Assembly (NCBI RefSeq): GCF_003231495.1
Contig: NZ_PQWO01000031.1
Coordinates: forward strand, 7,876-39,875
Origin: Acaryochloris thomasi RCC1774
Lineage (GTDB): Bacteria; Cyanobacteriota; Cyanobacteriia; Thermosynechococcales; Thermosynechococcaceae
DNA: 32,000 nucleotides
Direction: 5' to 3'
Part shown: positions 7,865-16,273 of the stretch, one piece after another
Layout: each line of letters begins with the position of its first letter
Position numbering within the stretch: position 1 is the first letter of the stretch
Program-made: the position numbers and the translations under genes
The notes under the pieces: generated by a model
Told to the model about the DNA's origin: nothing
Seen by the model: the letters and a program-made list of their open reading frames with translations, nothing else
The model's database searches: none

Positions 7865-9604
7865 CTACAGGGGCTGATATTGCAAAGAGAAGTAGAAGCC
7901 TTGCTCCTGGAGGGAGTTACCCCGATCATCAAGGTCCACTATGGGCAAGCCGTAGTCGAAACGTAGGCTCAGATCTGGGATTGGCTGCCAGCGGAGTCCG
8001 ACACCGATGCCCACTAACGCAGATGGAGAGGGATCGGCACCAAAGTTGTTCCAACCTTTCCCGGCGTCAATGAAGGGCGATAGCTGCAAAACATTGGGGT
8101 TCGACGTCAGCGGAAACTGGCATTCCACCGTACCGAGGATGCCGTTATCGGTGAGGAGTTGATTGGAAGCGTAGCCCCGCACGGAACTAATTCCACCAAT
8201 GCCAAACCGTTCTTGATTGAGCAGGGAATCGGGCGTCAGTTGGGTGCTGAGGCGACTGATGAGTAAAGCCCTTAAGGGTAACCGCTGCACATATTGAGCT
8301 TGTCCGACCCAGGAGAAGAAATTTGCGGATGGCCCCTCTACATTGACAGTGGCGTCGAAGACATCCACGCCCAAGTTGAATTGGGAACGAAGGGCAACAA
8401 CGTTTCGGGGTTGCCGCTGAGTCCATTCCTGTGAGAAGCGCAGCACTCGTGTTTTAGCGATTCCATCCGCATCAGGGCCTTGTGAAAATGGGAAAGGTTG
8501 ATCTGCTAAAAAACTCTGATTCTGTTGCAGGTCAAAGGAGAGCCCCAGCGCAATCTCGGTGTTAGGAGTTTTGACAACCGGTTGTCGTAGCTCAAGGGAC
8601 AGGCTTTCAAAGTCATTGCTGATATCTAGAGGTCTGAGTTCAGAGGCAACAATTTCACTCGCGGCGTTACTGTATCTGACACCAATCGTACCGTCTCGGG
8701 CATTGATGGGCACAGTGTAGCCAAGGTCGTAAAGATTAAGTCCAGCGGTGATTGAAGTAGCGGCGGTGATGCGATCGCCCAATCCTAAGAAATTATCGTG
8801 AGCAAGATTGAGGCTACCTTGAATAGAGCCAATGGCTGGGCTGCGATAGTTATCGATACTGGCCCCCACATGGAATTCTCGGGCTTGTTCGACATTAACC
8901 AGTAAGGTGTTTAGACCGGGTGAACTGCCGACGGTTAGTTCAGCATTCACACGCTTCAGGAGAGGATTTAGCTGCAGGAGCTGTAGTTTTTTCTCCAGCT
9001 CAGCTTGGTTTAAGGGGACTTTCGCGGCTGGGGAAATGCGGCGGCGAACATACTTTTTTCGCAGACGTTTGAGACCGATAATCTGAATTTCTTCGAGTTG
9101 TCCTTCAACAACTTGAATTTGAATGATGCCATCACTGAGGTTTTGGTTGCTGGGAAGGAAGGCTCCGGAGGTAATGTAGCCGTTGTCGTTATAGAGTTTA
9201 GCGATCCGAGTGCGGAGGTCTAGGAGTTGTTCTAGGGTAACCGTTTGATTCTCCAGGGCTTGGACTTCAGCTTCAATTTCTTCTTGAAGTACCGTTGCAC
9301 CAAGCACTTCGATGGTCTCAACAAAGAAGCTTGCTTCAGGTACCTCTGGTGATGAGGACTCTATTGGGGATGAAGGGGATATTGATTTAGGTAGGATCGG
9401 GGTGGTGGGTTTTGGAGCTGTGGGCAAGTCAATGGGGTTTGGGTCAATAGGTCTAACGGGGGGCAGGCTTTCTAGACTATTGGGTAGCGGGTTTGTTTGG
9501 CTCCAGACTGGGGCCAGCACGGGCGTTAAGGTCAAAAGGCTGGCTGTGAACAACAGGCTGCTCAAGCCAAGCTTTCGTGTTTTTTGGGTTGCTGAGCAGG
9601 GCAT
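7865..9604 (-). CDS. ShlB/FhaC/HecB-family two-partner-secretion transporter (TpsB, Omp85 superfamily)
   Basis: 579 aa. Contains a signal peptide, a Pro-rich linker, a POTRA-like segment (FVETIEVLGATVLQEEIEAEV..LLDLRTRIAKLYNDNGYITSGAFLP) and a beta-barrel ending in an aromatic-rich terminus (..GFYFSLQYQPL). It ends 6 nt upstream of the CHAT gene start. Confidence 0.9.
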   Translation of the reverse strand: MPCSATQKTRKLGLSSLLFTASLLTLTPVLAPVWSQTNPLPNSLESLPPVRPIDPNPIDLPTAPKPTTPILPKSISPSSPIESSSPEVPEASFFVETIEVLGATVLQEEIEAEVQALENQTVTLEQLLDLRTRIAKLYNDNGYITSGAFLPSNQNLSDGIIQIQVVEGQLEEIQIIGLKRLRKKYVRRRISPAAKVPLNQAELEKKLQLLQLNPLLKRVNAELTVGSSPGLNTLLVNVEQAREFHVGASIDNYRSPAIGSIQGSLNLAHDNFLGLGDRITAATSITAGLNLYDLGYTVPINARDGTIGVRYSNAASEIVASELRPLDISNDFESLSLELRQPVVKTPNTEIALGLSFDLQQNQSFLADQPFPFSQGPDADGIAKTRVLRFSQEWTQRQPRNVVALRSQFNLGVDVFDATVNVEGPSANFFSWVGQAQYVQRLPLRALLISRLSTQLTPDSLLNQERFGIGGISSVRGYASNQLLTDNGILGTVECQFPLTSNPNVLQLSPFIDAGKGWNNFGADPSPSALVGIGVGLRWQPIPDLSLRFDYGLPIVDLDDRGNSLQEQGFYFSLQYQPL

Positions 9605-9701
9605 AGAAGACTTCAGTTGGCTTGCTGCTAGGGAGTTTGTGGATTAATGAGAGACGTTTACCTGGGGGTCAGAATGAGGGGCCTCAGACTGATGAACAAC
9701 A

Positions 9702-12506
9702 TTATTTGGAGCACTCTCGGCTGATGACCAGTTTGCCGTCTGGCAGACGATACACGCTTTCGGGTTCAATGATGGGATCGCCGATTTGCCAGGGGGGATT
9801 GCCGTGCACTGGGGCCGTGTTTTTGTTAGTGGGGATAGTTTGGACGGTGCCGGTGGGAAGGGAGGGAGCGGCAGGGTGACCAGGGCGGGCGCGCAGGCTA
9901 TCTGAACCGGTGATTATGAAGTTGCCTTGGGCGTTATTGGTGCGGACGATACAGCTATTAGCGAGCAGATCATTGGTATCGACTAGATTATCAGGGAGTT
10001 CTGTAAGGCTTTCTTCAATGGTGCTGTTATCTGGGGTGGTGATGATACCGGCAGAGATCTCGCCAGAAGCATTGATATCGACCCTGCCATTGCCATCTAG
10101 GTTGGTAAAGTTGACGATGTTGGGAGTGAAGGTGAAACTCTCGCCGATAAAGATAGGGGTGTTGAGCTCAATATTGCCACCACGACCATCTTGGGAAAAG
10201 GCGAGGATGTCACTATCACCGAAGGCAATGATGTATTTACCCGCTGATAAGGCAATATTCCCACCATCGCCAGTGCCTCTGACATCGGTCAAAATATTGC
10301 TGTTGTCAAGACGGATGGTGTTGGTGGCAGTGATACCAATCGTACCTCCAGTGGCTTGGCTTGCAGAAGTAGTGATACTGCTGTTCGACGCTTTGAGTAA
10401 GTTATGTAGATTGAGAGTGATATTGCCTGAATCAGCTTCCCCCTCAGAACTAGCACTAATTGCAGCTTGATCCTCTAGGGTCAGAGTATCCGCAGATACT
10501 TCGATGTTTCCCCCCACACCATTTGTTCCCTCTTCCGCACCGACTGAGATAAGACTATTTTCACCAGAAAGAGAAATTTCATCTTCTACAAAAATGGTGA
10601 TAGCTCCTGCTGAACTGTTGCTGCCAGTAAGTGACGAGATTTTGCTACCATCCACTACAGAGAGTGTACTGGCCTCAATAAAGATTGTTCCAGCATTTCC
10701 TTCACCAAAAGTGCTAGCAGATAGTTGAGCCCCATCTTTGAGAACAAGTGACTGAGTTTTAACATTTACTTCACCCGCATTGCCTTGTCCCCGAGAGTTA
10801 TTCTCACTGACGACTCCACTCCCCGCTAAGTTATTCAAACCCTCAAACAAGATAGATTCATTGGCAATTACTCTGACTGTTCCAGCATTGCCTCGACCAA
10901 AGGTGCTAGCAGAGAGGAAAGCCCCATCCTTGAGTATAAGAGACTTGGTCTCTAGCTCTACTTCACCCGCATTTCCGCGTCCGCTAGTGTCTGAGGCTCT
11001 TGCTGCTGCGGCTCTACTTGCCCGCCCTAAGCTATCTTCTCCTTCAAACAAGACAGATTCATTGGCATATATTTTGACGGTGCCAGCGTCTCTTCCTCCG
11101 TTCGTACTAGCAGATAAAATTGCTCCATTTCTGAGAACAAGTGACTGGGTGGTAATATTAACCTCACCTGGATTCCCTTGCTCATCAGACGTTGTCTCAC
11201 TAGTGACAGTGGCGCCACTTGGCGTAGGGCCCTCTGGTGTTTGATTACCATCTTCTCCCTCGAACAAAACAGATTCACTTGCGCGTACTGTTACTGTCCC
11301 AGCATTCCCTTCACCAAAAGCATTAGCCGATAGTTGAGCCCCATCTTTGAGAACAAGTGACTGGGTTTTAATATTGACTGCGCCTGCGTTTCCTTGTCCG
11401 ACAGGACCAACTACGCTGGCTGCTCGACTTCCCCGTCCTTGACTATCCAACCCTTCGAGTAATACTGACTCAACAGCCTGTATTTTGACCGTGCCAGCAT
11501 TGCCTCTACCAAAGGTGCTAGCAGAGAGAAAAGCTCCATTCTTAACTGTAAGAGAGTTGGCCACTACCTCCACTACACCAGCATTTCCCTGAGTACCAGG
11601 CAACACTGCGCTAGCGACTCTGGTATTTTCTCCCTCAAGCAATACATAATCGCTTGCCTGTATTCTGACAGTGCCAGCATCCCGCTGACCAAAGTTACTC
11701 GCTTCTACTCGAGCCCCATCTGCTAGATCCACTTGATTCGCCACCAACGTTACAGACCCACCAGGTGCAACGATAGATCCTGTCTGTATAAGACTATCCC
11801 CTACCAGTCCCACAGATTGCAGCTCATCAACCATCAAATTTCCCTCATTGATAATAGAGCCAGACTGCTGGGCTGCTTGCTCAAAAAATGAAGCCGCAGG
11901 ACTCACCGACAGCAATTGACTCTGCCCTGGCTCTATTGCACTGAAAACCCCTTGTTCGCCTAGCTCGATCTCATCTGCAGTAGAGGCATAAAATGACCCC
12001 GCCAATTGCAAATCTGTATTGGGTCCAAACAAAAATCCATTGGGATTTAACAACCATAGATTGGCATCCCCTAAAACCCCCAACTGACCCAAAATATTGG
12101 AGGAATTACTGCCCGTCACCCGAGAAAGAATGTTACTTATACCTGTGGGATTCGCAAAGAAGACTCCGCGCCCTTCCCCAACATTGAATTCCTGAAAACT
12201 ATGGAACAGGTTCCCACCGCGAACAGCACCACCCACAATCCGATCTGACTGACCATCAATTGGCGTCACAAAAGAGCTTTCGACTTGCAATGTTTGATCT
12301 GGCCTAACCTGTGCTCTAGCCTGAAGATTGCACACAGTGGTCATCACTGTCATAAACATCACAGCTCCACTGAATGTCCATAAGCATTGTTGAAACAGCC
12401 CTCCCTTGATCACCAAACCACTTTCATTCACATAGGAAAGACTAAATCTTAATGGTCTACTTTTCTTAACTGAAACAGCCCAAATCTTGGAAGGCAGTAT
12501 TTTCAT
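9702..12506 (-). CDS. Filamentous-haemagglutinin-like TpsA exoprotein (TPS domain plus beta-helix repeats)
   Basis: The TPS secretion domain is recognisable (GGNLFHSFQEFNV.., ANLWLLNPNGFLFGPN). It is followed by a long Gly/Asn/Ala/Ser-rich beta-helix with repeated GNAGTV modules. The start is uncertain: the ORF is open to a GTG at 12560, and I chose the ATG at 12506 (MKILPSK..). A hydrophobic signal-like region ends ..CNLQARA/QV. Confidence 0.88.
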   Translation of the reverse strand: MKILPSKIWAVSVKKSRPLRFSLSYVNESGLVIKGGLFQQCLWTFSGAVMFMTVMTTVCNLQARAQVRPDQTLQVESSFVTPIDGQSDRIVGGAVRGGNLFHSFQEFNVGEGRGVFFANPTGISNILSRVTGSNSSNILGQLGVLGDANLWLLNPNGFLFGPNTDLQLAGSFYASTADEIELGEQGVFSAIEPGQSQLLSVSPAASFFEQAAQQSGSIINEGNLMVDELQSVGLVGDSLIQTGSIVAPGGSVTLVANQVDLADGARVEASNFGQRDAGTVRIQASDYVLLEGENTRVASAVLPGTQGNAGVVEVVANSLTVKNGAFLSASTFGRGNAGTVKIQAVESVLLEGLDSQGRGSRAASVVGPVGQGNAGAVNIKTQSLVLKDGAQLSANAFGEGNAGTVTVRASESVLFEGEDGNQTPEGPTPSGATVTSETTSDEQGNPGEVNITTQSLVLRNGAILSASTNGGRDAGTVKIYANESVLFEGEDSLGRASRAAAARASDTSGRGNAGEVELETKSLILKDGAFLSASTFGRGNAGTVRVIANESILFEGLNNLAGSGVVSENNSRGQGNAGEVNVKTQSLVLKDGAQLSASTFGEGNAGTIFIEASTLSVVDGSKISSLTGSNSSAGAITIFVEDEISLSGENSLISVGAEEGTNGVGGNIEVSADTLTLEDQAAISASSEGEADSGNITLNLHNLLKASNSSITTSASQATGGTIGITATNTIRLDNSNILTDVRGTGDGGNIALSAGKYIIAFGDSDILAFSQDGRGGNIELNTPIFIGESFTFTPNIVNFTNLDGNGRVDINASGEISAGIITTPDNSTIEESLTELPDNLVDTNDLLANSCIVRTNNAQGNFIITGSDSLRARPGHPAAPSLPTGTVQTIPTNKNTAPVHGNPPWQIGDPIIEPESVYRLPDGKLVISRECSK
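10671..11720 (-). repeat. Five and a half tandem 61-72-aa coding modules inside tpsA
   Basis: Module pattern: GA(F/Q/I)LSAS(T/N)FG(R/E)GNAGTV.(I/V).A.ESVLFEG(E/L)D...variable linker...(Q/R)GNAG(E/A)V(N/E)(V/I).T(Q/K)SL(V/I)LKD. It repeats at ORF residues ~281-341, 342-406, 407-478, 479-545, 546-609 and 610-~640. Linker length varies. Confidence 0.7.
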
Positions 12507-12890
12507 TAGACTTCTTGCAATATCATCATGCTGTGCTGTGTCGTACTGACCTATTCTCACATCCCTTAAACCGCCAAAGTCGGTACTATCAGTTTTACAA
12601 CTTGTCGAACTTAATCAGCAAAGCTTCTATTGCACTTCCGATGTATAGTTTATGCCTTCTGTAGATCAATGGCACTGACTTAAGAAGTTAGAAAAAGGCT
12701 GCAAGTCTTGACAGTTACAGAATCAAGACTTGCAATCCATAAATAATCTACCTTCCACTATGTCTGAGCCTGGTTCTAACGGAATCTGGGGTCTATCAGA
12801 ATATGTACCTACTTTGGTCTTCAAGGATCTGATGCTTCTTTCACTGTAGAGTCTTTTAGCACTCTCTCAGCGAAGGAAAATATAGCAAGC

Positions 12891-13872
12891 ATGGCAGCCT
12901 CAACTCGCGGAGATCACACGATCTGTCTACCCTTCGACAATGAAACTCAATATCGTGAGCTTGTGCAAGATGCTCTGGGCTTCAGACTCCATCTGAGTCA
13001 GACTTTGACTACTCACCCGGAACTATTCCCTAAAGAGATGGAGGCAGGCTTTCGGTTCCATGATTTCATCTACTCCTTCAAACAAGATCTGACCCTGCGT
13101 CGCATCAAGCTGACTGCCACTGGAGACATCTATCAGCTCCGACCGGATTTCATGATGCCCTACATGGTCGGTAAGACCCATGAAATGGAGAAAGCCCTTT
13201 ACCTGTGCCGGTTTGCGGTTCCCTTCGATGCCATCGTCTATGTCTTAGGCCGCAACGCAATGTACTGGTATCGGGCTTACATCTCTCTGGGACGGCCTTC
13301 CATTGTCGGAACGACGATCAAAGATCTCAAGCTGCTACCAAGAAACCTGGTTGTCGATGAAAAACATAGCTGGCTCAAAGGAGAGAAAGTCTTTCTACCC
13401 ACCACTGTCGCCAACGGTTGTATCCTAGGTGTTAGTGTCACAGATTCAGCAAGTCCGAAAGCTCTGACAGAAGGCTGTCGCGAGTTTCACCAAGAAGCAC
13501 TGAACCTAGATCCGGCCTATGCTCCCCACACTGTTAATCATGACGGCTGGCCCGCGACACAGACAGCAATGAAAGCGATCTTCCCCACCGTAACCTTGAT
13601 CCTGTGCTTTCTCCATTCGGTGTTGAAGATACAAAAAAGCTGTCGTCGGACGCCAGAGATCTGGAAGCGCCTGACAGGAATGCTTTGGGCCGCGTATAAG
13701 CAACCCAATAAGACTCGATTTCAGAAGGGGTTGCGTCAATTACAAAAATGGACCAAAGAGAATGTCACTTCCCCGCACCTCCGCATATAAGTGTTCAAGG
13801 CCTGTCGTAAGGCGACGAAGTTTAAGGTGGCCTATGCCTATCCAAAAGCCTACCGAACCAGTAACGAAGTAG
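12891..13872 (+). pseudogene. Outer-IS transposase, N-terminal and central part (in-frame stop, then interrupted)
   Basis: A 299-aa ORF ends at an in-frame TAA (13788-13790). The same frame continues (VFKACRKATKFKVAYAYPKAYRTSNEV) up to the ISAs1 insertion point. DDE-like contexts are VVDEKHSW and VNHDGW. Confidence 0.7.
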
Positions 13873-15067
13873 CAGGGTTATTTCATTCTAAATAAAGTGA
13901 CGAGAACATCCAGCCCTTGTCCAGCTCTTCGTTGTGCCTGTGCCATATTGTCAAAGTCATTGTGACGATACAGGTTGAGCGCCAAATTACGTGCTAGAGC
14001 AAAGATGTTGGGTAGTGGCTGTACCCGTATTCGAGAATTGTCCTCGCCCTGAGTAACATCTCGAACATGATGGACCTTATTCTCCACATGCCAATAGTCC
14101 CGAATGCGTCGTGAAAATTGTTGAGCTGTTTCCTCTAGGGAGCTGATGTAATAGCGAGTTGTGGGCTTGTTGATGATCAGATATTTTCCTTTGAGCAGAT
14201 GACGATAGCTAACGACTCGAATAATAGTCTTCAGTCCAGCCCATTGCTGTGCCTCTGAAAAGAGTTCAATCGAACGGCAGATACTGACGCTGCGCCGTTC
14301 AACGCGACCATGTCCTCTCTCAACGCTGTCAACGCGCTCTTGGGGCTGAAAGTGCCGCTTGATGGCTTTGAAGAAGTTACCGTGATTACCTTTGACTGCT
14401 CCTAAATAGTGATTGCCTGAATCAATGATTGCCTGACATGTTTTTTTGGGTGTTGAGCGCATCAAAAGCAAAGACGACGCCCCGTTGCGCTAAAGCCTGC
14501 AGCACAGGCGGAAAGGCTGTTATTTCATTGCTTTTCTTGTCCACTGGTTGAATCGGCAAAATCAGGCCGCGTTCGACGATATACACGGTGACCAATTGAA
14601 TGGCCCGATGTGATTCACTCGTACTCGCCGGAGTCTCTACATTGTAAGAACCGCGCAACACCTTCCCCTCAAATGCTAGTGTTTCGCCAGACAATGGTTC
14701 AATCTCAAAGAAGCTGGCTAGACAAGCACTATAGGCTTTGTAATCGAGGTCTAACAACACTCGACGAATGGTGCTGTAGGACGGAAGCCGGTCTTTGGCT
14801 GGCTCAAATAAGGCCAACAGGTCGGCTCGATAGCTTTTAAGCCAATCACTGATGGCGATAAAGCCACGACAGCCTGCAGTAACCGATAGGGTGAACAAGG
14901 CTAAGCACAGAGGCTGGTTATGGCGACGACCGGCTCCGCGACGGTGGTCGGGTAAATCTTTGAAGGCATCTATGATGGCTAAGGTGCTCATGGTTAAAGG
15001 AAAATTCGTCCACAACACCATGACTATAAAGCCAGCTCATGAACTTGGCTAGAATGAAATAACCCTG
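13873..15067 (-). mobile_element. ISAs1-family insertion sequence (1195 bp) nested in the outer IS
   Basis: Perfect 18-bp terminal inverted repeats: CAGGGTTATTTCATTCTA at 13873-13890 and its reverse complement at 15050-15067. They are flanked by a perfect 10-bp target-site duplication AACGAAGTAG (13863-13872 and 15068-15077). Removing the element plus one TSD copy restores the outer transposase frame (..RTSNEVDRLMNHQNRQLY..). Confidence 0.92.
13878..15021 (-). pseudogene. ISAs1-family transposase (H-repeat-associated type) split by a frameshift in an A7 run
   Basis: The N-terminal ORF 14422-15021 (DDE_Tnp_1-associated-like: ..FKDLPDHRRGAGRRHNQPLCLALFTL..) and the C-terminal ORF 13878-14471 overlap. 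The frames switch at the homopolymer at 14441-14447 (T7 on plus, A7 on the coding strand). Deleting one A gives a continuous ..FDALNTQKTCQAIIDSGNHYLGAVKGN... Confidence 0.85.
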
Positions 15068-15322
15068 AACGAAGTAGACAGGTTGATGAATCATCAAAAT
15101 CGTCAACTCTATTCTATGCAATACTTTCACGGGAAAATCGATTCAGCTCGTCAATCAATGAGAGCAATGGCTTTAGTGTGGAACTTTCATCCCTACGGAA
15201 CCAAGACCAGAGATGAAGTAAAGGGGCGGCTCTCGCCATTTCAAGATCTCAATGGGTTTAGCTATCACGAAAACTGGCTGAACAACTTATCGATCAGTAT
15301 GTCGATGAATGGCCGTAGTTAG
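15068..15322 (+). pseudogene. Outer-IS transposase, C-terminal part
   Basis: Continues the frame of 12891-13872 across the ISAs1 insertion: (NEV)DRLMNHQNRQLYSMQYFHGKIDSARQSMRAMALVWNFHPYG..PFQDLNGFSYHENWLNNL.. to TAG at 15320-15322. Confidence 0.65.
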
Positions 15323-15437
15323 GTGCTTTCAGGTGACCCCAGAAACCGTTAGAACGAGGTTTAGGTCAAGACTTATGCTGTTCTTCGCTAAGCTGGTTCA
15401 AGATTCCGAGCGCAACAATCCTTGGAAGCGTAATAAA

Positions 15438-15749
15438 TCAACTTGTTACTGATTCTACTTCAATATGCTTGAAGCTATTGAGAATAGATTCTGAATCGTA
15501 ATTTTCGATGCCATGATATTCTCCTTGTCGATTTGGCACCCCCACCTCAATCCTCCCCCCATAGAAGCGATCACCCTGCGACTCCAAGCAAAACCCTCCG
15601 AACAACAGCCCCAGCCACAATCGTCCCAAAGATAACCCCAAGCCTTCCTGCAGCTCAACTAAAGACACCTGTTGAACATCATCATCCAGATACGCCCGGA
15701 TCGCATCGACCCAATCCACCACGCCCTCTAATCCACTATTGCTCGACAA
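15438..15749 (-). CDS. Hypothetical protein (103 aa), paralogue of the C-terminal domain of the 16274-16915 product
   Basis: VVDWVDAIRAYLDDDVQQVSLVELQEGLGLSLGRLWLGLLFGGFCLESQGDRFY aligns with VGAWVDAIAKVLQAKDGLVLVQLKEKLELSIGRLWLGLLLGGFDLQQVGEFY of the upstream gene. Similarity at amino-acid level in this frame supports coding. It overlaps the GUN4-like gene by 22 nt. Confidence 0.6.
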   Translation of the reverse strand: MSSNSGLEGVVDWVDAIRAYLDDDVQQVSLVELQEGLGLSLGRLWLGLLFGGFCLESQGDRFYGGRIEVGVPNRQGEYHGIENYDSESILNSFKHIEVESVTS

Positions 15750-16273
15750 ACCTCTAGACGCATGAACAATGGCTCTCGAATTCCAGCTTCATTTGTATTC
15801 ATCGCTGGCAGATGACCAACAGGAGACGAGTCCTCAAAGGATAATTGATGGTACAAAAGAATCTTTCCATCTTTCATCCACCCGACACGCTCACGAAAGG
15901 TGCGATAGCTTTTGTAGTCAAAGGTTCCGTCAATGGTGTTACCTGTTTCAACATATAGTCGCTTCTGAACAGTAAACCCAAACCGTCCTTGGCTGTGGGT
16001 CGCCCACATCTGTTCGATTCTATTTAGATCTTTGCAAGGAAAGCTCTCGAACTTCACTCTCGATAGGTAACCGTTGGGCGAAAGAAATCCACCGGAACGC
16101 CTTGGACCCACCTTATAAAATAGTTGCTTGGTCAACTGGTCAGCCTGACGCCAGTTACCACTGGCTAGATGCTTCTCTAATTGCTGATATTCAGGTTCAT
16201 AGCGATTGCAGCCCCATATTCCCAAACTCAAGAGTAGGATAAACGACAATCCATGACGATAGGGCCAATTCAC
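15728..16273 (-). CDS. GUN4-like domain protein with N-terminal signal / lipoprotein-like sequence
   Basis: 181 aa. The N-terminus MNWPYRHGLSFILLLSLGIWGC has a hydrophobic stretch ending in Cys. The remainder matches the GUN4 porphyrin-binding domain pattern (..GNWRQADQLT....FPCKDLNRIEQMWATHSQGRFGFTVQKRLY....FRERVGW......GHLPA). Confidence 0.78.
   Translation of the reverse strand: MNWPYRHGLSFILLLSLGIWGCNRYEPEYQQLEKHLASGNWRQADQLTKQLFYKVGPRRSGGFLSPNGYLSRVKFESFPCKDLNRIEQMWATHSQGRFGFTVQKRLYVETGNTIDGTFDYKSYRTFRERVGWMKDGKILLYHQLSFEDSSPVGHLPAMNTNEAGIREPLFMRLEVCRAIVD

Larger units (their letters stand above)
12773..15355 (+). mobile_element. Outer insertion sequence (DDE transposase, family not assigned), inactivated
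   Basis: Imperfect terminal inverted repeats match 19 of 21: GTTCTAACGGAATCTGGGGTC (12773-12793) against the reverse complement of 15335-15355 (GTTCTAACGGTTTCTGGGGTC). They bracket one transposase reading frame that is split by the ISAs1 element. The boundaries are uncertain. A 9-nt direct repeat TCAAGACTT at 12723-12731 and 15366-15374 would suggest alternative ends at 12732 and 15365. Confidence 0.55.

Noticed and set aside
9910-11244. Plus-strand ORFs 9910-10470, 10504-10728 and 10780-11244 antisense to tpsA
   Set aside because: The repetitive Gly/Asn/Ala codons of the TpsA beta-helix give long open antisense frames rich in Leu/Pro/Ser. The minus-strand frame carries the TPS domain and the coherent repeat modules.
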